From Isurus oxyrinchus (Eukaryota), in assembly GCA_026770705.1 (NCBI GenBank), contig JANJGN010000126.1:496001-560000 (forward strand): 64,000 nucleotides of DNA. Direction: 5' to 3'. The translations under genes and the position numbers were made by a program. The notes under the pieces were generated by a model that was not told the DNA's origin, did not search any database, and was given only the letters and a program-made list of their open reading frames with translations. Positions 1 to 10,949 of the stretch are shown here, piece after piece (the stretch's first letter is position 1; each line of letters opens with the position of its first letter).

Positions 1-990
1 TATCAGTCTTGGCGCCTCAACTATTTATTATCTATTGCAATGACTTGGAGGAGCGGACGGAGTGTGATGTATCCAAATTTGCTGATGATACAACAATAGG
101 TGAGAAGCCATGTTGTGAAAGGTCATAAGGAATATAAAAGGGGTTGTAGATAGGTTGAGTGAGTGGGAAAAAAAAAACCTTGGCAGATGGAGATTAATGC
201 AAGAAAGTGTGAGGTCATTCACTTTTGTAGGAAGAATCAAAAGGCAGACTATTATTAAAATGGAGAGAGTCCCCAAAAACATGCAAGATCTGATTGTTCT
301 TGTGTATGAAACACAAAACGTTAACATGCAAATGTAACAAGTAATTAAGAAGGCAAATGGCATTTTGGCCTGTGTTGATAGGGGGTTACAGTTTTAAAAA
401 TAGGGAGGTCTTATTACAAATGTGCAGGCTTCGGTGGGGCCACACCTGGAGTGCTATGTACAGTTTCAGTCCCTGTATTTAAGAAATGATATATTGGCAT
501 TAGATGCAGTTCAAAGGGGATTCGTTAGGCTGATTCCTGGGATGAAGGAATTGACTTATCAGGAACGGCTAAACAGATTAGGGCTTTATTTATTAGCGTT
601 TAGAGGAATGAGGAATGATCTTATCGAGACGAACAGATTCTTGAGGGGAGGTGTTGTTGGCAGGTGGATATTGAGAAAATGTTCGCTCTAGTGGCGGAAT
701 CTCGAGCTAGGGGACACAGTTACATAATAAGGGGCCACTCATACAAAACTGATTTGCGAAGGAATATCTTCTCTCTGAGAGTATTGAATGACTGGAATTC
801 TCTACCCCAGAGAGTTGTGGAGGTATTTAAAAAAGAGATGGATAGATTATTGAAATATCATGAGTTGAGCTTCATGAAGAGCTGGCAGTACATAGGAGTT
901 GAGGCCTGGGGCAGATCAGCCATGGTGTTATTGAATGGGGATGGGGCAGGGTTGAGCGGCCGAATGGCTTACTGATGTTGCAATTTCTTA
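1..990 (+). mobile_element. CR1-clade LINE 3' portion (decayed RT C-terminus and 3' UTR)
   Basis: Remnant of SVLGPQLF..NDL..SKFADDT at the window start; ORF pieces GPHLECYVQF, RLGLY and RGHSY..R typical of CR1 ORF2; many stops and frameshifts. Confidence 0.9.
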
Positions 991-1004
991 TTATCACTTG
1001 TCTA

Positions 1005-1425
1005 TTACCACCCCATCGACAAACATTCAGTCCCTGCAGCACCGATGCAAAGAGGCAGCAGTTGTGAACAACCTACAGAATGCATTTCAGGATCTTACCA
1101 AGGCTTCTTAAACGTCATCTTACCAACCGATGATCTCTACTGCCTGGAAGATCAAGCACAAGAAATGAATAAGAACACCACCGGCTTCAAGTTCTCTTCC
1201 AAGCCACACACCATCCAGACTTTGAATCAGATCGTCGTTCCTTCACTGTCATGGAGGTTAAATCTTTGAACTTCCTCCCTAAATGCACTGTACCTGTATG
1301 TACACTACATGGATTGCAGCGGTTCAAGAATGCAGCTCACCAACAACTTCCGAAGGACAATTAGTGATTGGCAATAAATGTTAACGTAGCCAGCGAAGCC
1401 TAATTCTGCACACAAATTTTGAAAA
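1005..1425 (+). mobile_element. L2/CR1-group LINE 3' end (family also at 34225, 58255, 63130)
   Basis: Matches the HSLHHRRTVAAVC..KMHC-coding segment and the 'ggcaataaatg..gccagcga' tail of the other copies. Confidence 0.75.
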
Positions 1426-2292
1426 AGCTTGGAAAATTAATTTAGCTTGCAGAGATCGAGTCCTTCTTTATGAATGCATGTTGCCCCTGACAAGTTTTAA
1501 TGAGCCACGTGACCAACTTGACAGATCACCTTGAAGTTCTTGCTAGTGTGCAGCAATTAGCGCGCTCAAGACTGCTCAACGACTGCTGACCAATCGTGGA
1601 ATCGTCTCTAATTGTTGGAGTTTTGATTCGAGTTTTAGAAGCGCGGGCTGCTTCAGTTGGATCTTTGTTCTGTATATTACGAACCGGGTGGAAGGACATT
1701 TTGTTTGATTCGACCAACCAATCGGTGGGACCTCTGACTCACTTGCCTGGCGCTGGAATTCATACATGGCGTTACTCAATTGCCTGATGAGTAGAAACTT
1801 GGCTTGTTCTATCCTCTTCAACTGATTCGTGAACAATACCACTTGTGTCGCTGTTGCATCATGACAACATTTTTTTTGTTAACCTGGAGTTCCAATTTTG
1901 GGCTACTTGAGTCTTCCAGGAAAACTTGAGATATACCCAGTATTTTCGGGCCCGAAAGGGAAGGCTGTGGCCATTTTGCGCGTTTGCCTAAAGTACTGCA
2001 GACAAAGAGACTGCAGATATATTTTTGTATACTTGCTTTTCAAATAATTTAATCTATTTCGATGAATTATTGTTCCTTATAATTGGTTAATTGAGATACA
2101 ATAGTTTAAAACTGAAATAAACTTTCTTCAAATATCTGGATTGGACAAATGAAACCAATATGTTGGTTGAAGTACAATCGTAAACTGAAAGGAAATACAT
2201 ATCCCCAGTGTAACCTAAAGCAGCGCAATTGTATGTGTGATTTCTTAAATTCTCTGTGTTTCTCTGCATGTTTTTTCTCTCCATATCATTGG

Positions 2293-2670
2293 GATGATGG
2301 TGGCGCCATCGCACTGTCGTAAAGCTAATAATCCAGGTGTCAAGGCTAATTCTTTAGAGACGGAGGATCAAATCAAACCACGTCAGCAGATAGAGTTTCA
2401 ACTCGTTGAATGAATCATAAATTATGAAATTAGCCCCAGCAATAGTGACCATGGAACTATCACAGTTTGCTGTAAAAACCCAACTGGTTCACTTAATTAG
2501 CCTGGTCTGCTTGTGACTCCAGTCCCACAACAATGTGGTTGACTCTTAACTGCCCTCTGAAATGGCCTAGTAAGCCACTCAGGACAAAGGTCATTAGGGA
2601 TGGGCAGCAAATAATGGCCTTCTCAGTGACATCCAGGACATGTGAAAGCATCAAGAAGAAATAAACAATT
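2293..2670 (+). mobile_element. tRNA-derived SINE sharing its 3' tail with the L2-like LINE
   Basis: Core 'gaccatggaac..aaaaaccc..ctggttcact..gtgactccag..cacaacaatgtggttgactcttaactgccctctgaaatggcc' recurs in the window; tail 'tagggatgggcagcaaat'. Confidence 0.75.
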
Positions 2671-3589
2671 CAAATCCCTGCTTTTAATAGCACAGCCTCA
2701 TATAGGAAGCAATCAAAATTCACATGACATTTGCTAACTAGACAACATTCAAATTGGCATAAAATTATGAAAACACTTTCACATGGGATTCTATCTGTAG
2801 TATAACTACACTGGATGCCTGGTATTATTACTTTTAAAGATGGATCACAATTGCAACATTCAACTACTGATATGATGACCACTTTGAAAACGACTTTTCT
2901 ATATGGATCATCCCAATTAAGAAGATGGCTGTATCAGGTCAATAACTGAAAATGTGTGTTTTGCTTCTTATCCTTTCTGATGCCTGGCGGTTAAAAATTA
3001 CATTGGCTCCAAAACTATAGGCGCAAATTTGAAAGATAAACGTTTTTATAATTACTAGCCAATGAATGCACATTGTAGTATTTTTACTGCAATGATATTG
3101 TTGTATTCAGGATTACAAAGCTTTTTCCTTCAAGGCCAGGAGATCTAATTGCAGTTCGCAAAACTCAAAGAGATATCTGAACATAGTTTAAATTTAATTG
3201 TCATTTAGCCCTTTTGGATTTTGAAGACAAATGTTCCTTCCTGTTGTGGACAAATAGCGTGCCACATTTTACTAAACATTTTGTTATTATGCCATTGTGA
3301 CAGCACATAACCAGAGCTGGTGATGGAAGAGTGTGGAAAATTTTCTCAATGGTTTGATTCGGCGAGTCTGACAATGTCAGACTTTCCATTGGCTAGTTTG
3401 TGGGTCAGCTGTCATGTCCCAATATGTGAATGAGGAGGGCTTTTCAGGATCGATTGGGCTGGCTTTCCCTTTGTAACTTCCAGCACCTGGGACAATCACG
3501 AGTCTTCCTCACACTGTTACTTTTTTTTGTTTCATAGTGGCTTGTTCGACCATTTCAGACAACAGTTAACACTTAAGTACATCTCCTTG

Positions 3590-3880
3590 GCTCAGGAATC
3601 ACATGTACACCAAGCAGGGGAACTAAAGCACAATCCTTCCACTAAGAAGCATTAATGAAACAGAACGCATTTTCTTCCTTCTTGATAAGAATATACTTTC
3701 ATGGTGATTATTCGTGATGCATCATTTTTCTTTTTCTTTGCCTTCTTAATTTCAGCTGTATTTAGAGAACTTAACTCAACTATTTTAGCCATCGCTGTGG
3801 GATCTTAAATTATGTCCCGAATCAATAAAATAGATTTCTTGTTTTATTCTATTGAAATAATTATTATGTTACCATGCCCC
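3590..3880 (-). mobile_element. Decayed copy of the same SINE family, reverse orientation
   Basis: Reverse complement of the core (gaatcacatgta..cattaatgaaac..tttcatggt). Confidence 0.5.
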
Positions 3881-4377
3881 TTGACCTTTTTCTCCTAAAG
3901 GTTCAAAGACAATTGGAGTCAATCGAGCATGCAAAAATTAGATAGATTGACTACTTTCAGGAAAACCATTGAAAGAGAATAAAACTAAGGTGGGTAGATG
4001 CAAATTATATATAGATTACCCATGAGCTAATTGAATTGTAGGAAATATTAGAGCAGCTGTATGTATCTTGCTTTTCCTCTGAGTCAATATCTTCAGGAGG
4101 GGAACTCAAAGGCTATTGGGTAAATGCAAAACTAAAACCATCCAAAAGCAATTCTTTCAGACAACAGCGAGAGTGGATCCCCCGAATGGAGAACAGAAAG
4201 TAAAACAAAAAAAGGATCAATGTTTGCCAATACAATCAGTGGAATTTTATTTCAAAGGCCGGTGTTGCTTGAAGCACAATAAAACACGCACCCAACTGAG
4301 AGTGTTCCAATGCAATGGCTATCCAATGATCTGTAATCACTTACACAGAATTACAATTGAAGTTGCAGCATTTGCAA

Positions 4378-4630
4378 TGGGGAGAAACCCAGCAACACTT
4401 CTCTCTGTGGAATAGGTTTCAACGGATTACCCAACCTGGGCAGAGACAGGACATACTTTACAGAAGCAAACCTTGGAAATACCTGGACCATAGAAAGGGA
4501 TTCGTTTGCCCACCCCAGCTGGAGATTTATTGAAATGTTTCCACAGGTAAGAAATCGTTCAACTGCACCATTGGCGAGGAAGCATATTGCCAGTTGTCCC
4601 ATTCTTTCAAATTCAAGTACATTCACCCAG
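4378..4630 (+). pseudogene. Decayed C2H2 zinc-finger array remnant
   Basis: Across a frameshift it reads GEKP..CGIGFN..PNL / KPWKYLDHRKGF..P.QLEIY*..STGKKSFNCT; linker and GKGF spacing of Krueppel-type fingers, with most Cys/His ligands lost. Confidence 0.5.
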
Positions 4631-4769
4631 ATAAGCAAATGATTAAAACGATGTTTGGGTGAGAAGAAAGTTGCTCATTCGCTTTAATTGTTGATAGGTC
4701 AGCGAATTTAGAGATTTGATTCTGCTGTTTATAATCATGACAATCACTTCATGGAGAGTTGAATATGTA

Positions 4770-6160
4770 GTCACAGAATCACAAGTTCGCACAGTGCAGA
4801 AGAGGCCCTTCGGCTCATCAAGTCTCCACTGACACGTGAGAAACACCGGACTTACCTAACTAATTCCATTGACCAGCACTTGGCCCACAACCATGAATGT
4901 AAGGACGTGCCAAGTATTCATCCAGACACTTTATAAAGGATGTGAGGCAACCAGCCTCCACCACCCTCTCAGGCAGTGCATTCCAGACAGTCACCAACAC
5001 CTGGGTAAAAAAGGTTTTCCCTCACATCCCCGCGAAACCTCCTGCCCCTCACCTTGAACTTGTGTTCCATCGTGACTGGGCCTTCATCTAAGGGGAACAA
5101 CTGCTCCCTATCCACCCCGTCCATACCCCTCACAATCTTGTACACCTTGAACTGGTCGCCTCTCAGTCTTCTCTGCTTCGCTGAAAATAACCCAAGTCTA
5201 TGCAACCTCTCTTTCTAACTTAAATGTTTCAGCCCAGGCAGCATCCAGGCGTACCTCCTCTACACCATTTCTAGCGCAATCACATCTTTCCTATCATTTG
5301 GCGATCAAAACTGCACACAGCACTCCCACTGTGGTCTCACCGAGGTTCTATACAACTCCAACATGGCCCCTCTACTTTTGCAATATGTGCCTCGACTGAT
5401 AAAGGCAAGTGTCCCAAATGCCTTCTTCACCACCCCATTAACATGCCGCTCTGCCTTCAGAGACTTATGGACACAGGCACCAAAGTCCCTTTGTTCCTCA
5501 GATCTTCCTGATGTCATGCTGTTCATTGAATACCTCCTTGTCAAATTACTCCTTCCAAAGTGTATAACCTCACGCTTTCCAGCGTTAAGTTCCATCTGCC
5601 ACTTATCTGCCCATTTGACCACCACGCCAATATCTTCCTCCAGCCCAAGACTCTCAACCTCACTGTAAACCAGCCAGCCAATCTTTGTGTCATCCGCAAA
5701 CTTACTAATCATACTCCTCACATAGTCATCTATGTCATTTATATAAATAACGAATAATAGGGGACCCAGCACAGATCCCTATGGTACACCATTGGTCTCG
5801 AGTTTTCAGTCACTAAAGCAGCCTTCTGTCATCACACTCTGTCTCCTACAACTAAACCAATTTATAATCCATCTTATCAAATTACCTTGTATCCCATGCG
5901 CATTTGCCTTATTTATATGGCTGCCATGTGCGACCTTGTCAAAGGTTTTTCTGAAATCCATATATACTACATCAACTGCACTACCACCATCTACACACCT
6001 GGTCACCTCCTCAAAAACTCAATAAAATTTTTTAGGCATGACCTACCTCTGAAAAATCCATGCTGAATATCTCTTATCAAACCTTCTATCTGCAAGGTAA
6101 GATAGATTCTTTCCTTCAGAATTTTCTCCAATAGTTTCCCGACCACTGACGTGAGACTCA
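4770..6160 (-). mobile_element. CR1 LINE fragment (RT domain to 3' end)
   Basis: ORFs LGPLLFVIYINDID..ISKFADDTKIG, VDVVYMDFRKTFDKV, QHGFFRGRSCL, RLGLFS..RRLRGD. Confidence 0.93.
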
Positions 6161-6204
6161 CTCGTTGTTTGGTAGAACAGAATGTGAGAGTGCTGATCAA
6201 ATAC

Positions 6205-6560
6205 ACATGCTTTCGAAGCTATTCATCTTGGACTCATCAGGACAATTCGCAAGAGTAAGAAAAAAATCAAATGGAACAACACTTTAAACGTCATGAGAAG
6301 AGTGTGATGATTGATTGGCGAGTGAAAACAGATCACTTGTGGCATTGCAATAGAGAATGCGATAGTGACTTGATGAATGGAAGTTAACTGTCAACCATTG
6401 TTTACATTCAAATCAAGTATGTTGACTCTGATTGATCAAGACATTTCATGAGGGCATGAGCCAGAGACTGGCTCTCCCGTCTTTTGTTCAGTTGAAATAG
6501 GCGCAACTCTTGCAAATTGTCCTGATGAGCGCTAGACCATAAGTTTCTACAACATGTGCA
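6205..6560. mobile_element. Short element with inverted ends, each carrying CTGATGA (Penelope-like terminal repeat remnant)
   Basis: actcatcaggacaattcgcaag (6232-6253) is near-complementary to cttgcaaattgtcctgatgagc (6509-6530). Confidence 0.5.
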
Positions 6561-7526
6561 TGTTTCAGCTACATAATTCTTTATGCAAAGCTCTTATAAA
6601 GTGTAGGGCAATAGGTCTGTTTCAACTATCATTGGAAGACATAACGAGTGATAATATGTACACAGCATGAATGCCTTGGATTGTGTTTTCTTCTGAGAGC
6701 AATGCTCAATCTTGAGACTTTCGGTGCGGTTGTAAGTCACGACACGGGAAATTTCAAATAACAGTAAGTGTGTAGTATTTACCCACGACTGGGATATGGG
6801 GTCATTGCGAAGCGTAACCCACAATTTCATTCTAATTACTGTTTCTGTATCAGGATGGCAATAAACTCTTATAGTGCATTTTGGATGGTGAAGATAATAT
6901 TTCCATTAAATTTGGTATTTTTTTTTTGTTCTGGCCAGTTGCAATTTGTAATCATTTAAAAGGGGAGATTGTTGCCAATGTGACTTGTACTATATGATGA
7001 CCCTGCGGATTTTGCCTCCATTGCCAAATCGAAGAGGTGAACAAAATGTTTACTTTATCTGTGTCTGTAACACTTCAGTTCCCTGTTCTTATGTTTATTG
7101 GAAAACGAGTTCAAGTGTGAGACGGAGCCTGCTCAATGTAGAACAATGGATGGGGACAGTGTTCCTTTCCATTGCAGGGCGCCATCAAGATCCAAAACAT
7201 AGGAAGGAGGGATAGCGAGGTTCCTACATTTAATGCTGAAACTTTGTTGCCAAGTTATACATTTTTGTTGGACACTTTGTCTCCTGCATGAAAGTCGAGA
7301 CACCCCGACACCTTAGGGGCAGTTGGGAATGTACCAGGCCCGTGCTGGAAAGGGGACAAAAAATAAAAACTAAGTGGGAAAATGCAGAGTTAGTTATATA
7401 ATTCTGAATTCACACGTCAGGCAGGAGGTAACTCTGTTTCTGCGGCTGAAAGCCATATGGAACATGTACAACAACAACAATTGGTGGGGTATAATGTAGA
7501 ATTCATGTTGGATTTCACTGCTTTCA

Positions 7527-8434
7527 TCATTTAAATAATTTAACAATCAAACTCAATGGATATTTCAAGCCATTCTTTAACTTCTGTCTGAATTTACTCT
7601 GGGTACCTGCACAAATAAACAGGTTGATGCAGGACCTTAAAAGCTGCAGCATAAGTCTGCATTCCTCCTGTATAACATTTGATTGATTGAAATTCGAGCC
7701 ATCGAAATAACTAACGCTGGCAATTCGTGCACAAAGGAAAGTTATAAGAGCAAGGAAATATAACAGGATGAAACTTGCCGAGATGGCAAAGAGTAAAACG
7801 ATGGACTTTCTCCTCTTCTCCATCTCTGGGTCACTTTGTTTCTCGCTCTTGCTGTGGGCTCGGAGTCTTCTGCGGGCTCGACTGGCCACAACAATGTGCC
7901 TGACCGTCAGAACATTGAGCAGCAAAATAAGAACGAATGAGAGACAAGGGGTTAAAACGGCATTTATGCTGTCATATACCACCCATCCGGGTGATGAATA
8001 TAATATTGGCTTTAGTTTGCAGTACCAGGGTGTATTGTCTGTGATAACAGAAGGTTCACAAGCAAAGTACAAGGGTATTTTTTTAGCACAATGCACAACG
8101 CAGACAGTTCCTATGACCACAGCTGCCGATTTCTTGGTGCAATATTTGGTTTTCAGCTTCTGGTAACAAATGGCTACAAATCGATCAAAGGTGAAAGCAA
8201 CTGTCACCCAGACAGAAGAATCCCTGACGCCATATATGAACACAACACTGAGAGCAAAGGCCGGAGTGATGGAAAGGAAACTGAATGGGAAATATGTACC
8301 TACAATCCGGTTTAAAATCACAGCAAGGATCATGATCAGGAGATCCGTCACGGCCAACGACATCAGGTAGTACATGATACATCCAGTGAGACCGCATCTT
8401 CCTCGAGACAGGATCACAATTACTGCCAAATTAG
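7527..8434 (-). CDS. GPCR gene A exon 2: GPR139/GPR142-like class A 7TM receptor (intact; 325 aa with exon 1)
   Basis: Acceptor ctgtcaaAG at 8436-8435, phase 1; open frame ANLAVIVILSRGRCGL..LAVTDLL..AFTFDRFVAIC..PWYC..LTP..DPEMEKRRKSIVLLF..NLFICAGTQSKFR to TGA; 70+908 nt = 326 codons. Confidence 0.9.
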
Positions 8435-9815
8435 CTTTGACAGAGGAATATAACCAGTAAATTTGCGTTGTGGACAAATGAATATAGAACAGAAAATATT
8501 GAGAAACTCACAGATACAGCGTCGGTCATGAAAAGAGAGCAATGTTCCCATTTCAGTCCTATGAATTATGTGCTGTAATGGAGAAAAAAAGACTCATTCC
8601 AAAATGCAGCAAATTATCAATACTGTGCTGCTGATTTACAGGAAGAATGCGGGCTTGGCCCTATAGTGAATATTCAAATTGCAGAATTGTTACTCAGTTA
8701 AATGAAAAACGATCAAGTATCCTCTTGCTTGCTGTTTAGAGAAGAACAGGCTAGAACATTGGAAAACAGAAGGGACACAATGTTAAATCGACCTAGGAAT
8801 TTGACAGAAACTCAGTAGATGGCTTTGAATGGAATTAAATACAAAGTGTTGCTGCTGTGGGCATAATCCAGCAAATGAAAACAACTAAAATGTAAAAAAC
8901 AAACTCCTTTGGATGGAAATAAAGAGTAACTAGAACTCCTGAGTTATGATGACGTGCAGCGAACACAACTGTCCTTCACAGCAGGGAGGAAATCCACACA
9001 CAGTTAAAGGTTCAATTGCTGCTAAGTTGAAAGTCGTCTAGCTTTGGAGTCAAAATATCCTGGATTCAAGACCAACTTCAGCTCCCTGAGAATTCTTCAC
9101 CGCCCAGGGTGCCAGGTTTCTGCTAAGACAATAAACTCTGGGCCAGTCATTTAATATTCTGCACAGATTTATCAGATAAATACTGTTCATATTCCAGCGA
9201 TAGGTGAAAGGGAAATGAATGAGATAATACAGATACAGTTCCTCTGTAATAATTCACACACGGTGAGAATGCCACTGACACAACAGAAAAACATTTTCTC
9301 AGTGGTAACAGCGTTATACATCACCCTTTTTAAAAACACCAAGCATAAAATAAAATAACATCTGAAATCTCGAACGGTGGAGGTAAACAGATGAAAGTGT
9401 CCAATTAAACTGACTAAATATTACTAGCTCAGGCAAGATAGTGCATTGTTACTGCTGAACTATTATTCTGGCGTTGGGGAGAAATTATGGTCAAGGGAAG
9501 AAATGACACGGAAAAACTTGAGCGACTCGACATGTGATGACGACTCATCATGTCAGTAAATGAGCTGTGTTGCTAAAACGGAGAATTAAATTAAACATTT
9601 CCCTTGAAGTGGAAAAAAGTGTCATTGTCGAGAGTGATAAAGTGGGAAGATGTCGCGTAATGTTGATAAATTGTTCTCTTTAATGGGAGAAAGAATATAG
9701 TACCATGCAGAAGCCAAGCTCCTAAATACGAACAACGATTCACTAAAATGAAAGCAAACCAAAGAGAAGGGATTAAACAATGATTTCAATAACATAGCAA
9801 ACCAAAATACTTAAC

Positions 9816-9885
9816 CTGGAATCCCGATCGCTGCAAGGACGGGATAGTATATGATGAAAATCAGACATTTTGGCAATCCATGCAT
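9816..9885 (-). CDS. GPCR gene A exon 1 (MHGLPKCLIFIIYYPVLAAIGIP)
   Basis: 70-nt exon, ATG at 9885, donor CCAG|GTTAAG, phase 1 matching exon 2; YYPVLAAIGIP resembles the TM1 start of GPR139-like receptors; 1381-nt intron. Confidence 0.88.
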
Positions 9886-9935
9886 TTCTGTCACCAGCTG
9901 CGAGTGTGTTCTGCACCACAGCTAAAGACAGTCAC

Positions 9936-9971
9936 ATATATATCTCAGGCCAGCCTCCAGGGAGACAATTA
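9936..9971 (-). promoter_or_regulatory. Gene A core promoter: homeodomain site, O/E(EBF)-like site, TATA
   Basis: Minus strand TAATTG-tc-TCCCTGGAGG-11 nt-TATATAT, about 50 nt above the ATG; conserved in paralogs. Confidence 0.6.
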
Positions 9972-10109
9972 GACGCTTTGATCTTTTGCAATAATTACGG
10001 TAATTGAAATAAAGATGCTCATGCTGCAGCTGTCAGGAAATTGTTTTTATTTTGACAGAGTAGAAACCTCTTCAAGGTCACTGACATTGTTCTGACGGAA
10101 CATCCTCAC

Positions 10110-10330
10110 AAAGTGCCCTTCTGTTTTCCACATTAACACAAACCTACATTGCTGTTTTGTTCTCATCAGCCCTTTACCACAACCGTTTCCCGCCGCTATA
10201 GTGAAAACAAGAACTCTTCCATTGCTCCCTGTTCCCCAACTTCGATGTAAAGTCATGGATCTGAACCTTTTACCGTTTTCTCTCCACAGATGCTGAATGG
10301 TCTATTGCGTATTTCCAGCATTTTCTGTCT
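10110..10330 (+). mobile_element. Penelope-like terminal repeat remnant
   Basis: 'tctctccacagatgctg..atttccagcattttctg' matches the elements at 48665 and 51980. Confidence 0.6.
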
Positions 10331-10379
10331 CATTCACATAAGCTTGTTTGCATTTGGTATGGAAATGTTCAACTCATCA

Positions 10380-10930
10380 CCTTTAGCTTTAAAGTACTCA
10401 AATCCTCTTCTGTACGGCTTCTTGCAGTGTGGATTATTCCACTTCAGTTAAGTTCATTGCAGACATGTAAATCCAACTCTAGTGAGTGTGCATAGCTGTG
10501 TAGCTGTGAACGGCTACGTTTTATTTGGTTAGATGCAATCAAGCGCTTATGCGTTAATTATGCATAATTATAGAGAGTACGCTTAAATTCCGTAAACGGA
10601 GGTCCAGTTGAGCACGATTCTAGTTAATGTGGACCGCTCCAGTTCGGTATGGTTATGTGATGTGTCGAGGCTCCATTTCTGCTACGATACATTCATTCAT
10701 GACGGATAAGGAAGGGTAAGTGTGCACATCCTTTTCCCGTAAATCGCTTTCCGCGGCGCCAGGCGAGATTATGCACGGCTGCACTAAGTCTGCAAAGGCC
10801 CAGTTCAGTCATCTTGCATTGAATATGGACAGGCCCCATTTTAACTGCTATCTTCAATGTGCACATGTGAAGCACTGTTACAAACCTTGTGCAGGTAGTT
10901 AATTCCTCATGCTTACTTTCAGTGTCTGGA
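10380..10930. repeat. Degenerate ~35-bp minisatellite, left part
   Basis: ccagtt/ccattt anchors at 10604, 10639, 10673, 10800 and 10836. Confidence 0.5.
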
Positions 10931-10949
10931 AAAAAATGTCCACTAAAGT

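Noticed and set aside
7768-8370. Plus-strand ORFs overlapping gene A
   Set aside because: Antisense shadows of the GPCR exon
8435-8477. ORF-track N-terminus MSTTQIYWLYSSVK for the 316-aa ORF
   Set aside because: Intronic read-through with a non-ATG start; the real N-terminus is exon 1 at 9885-9816
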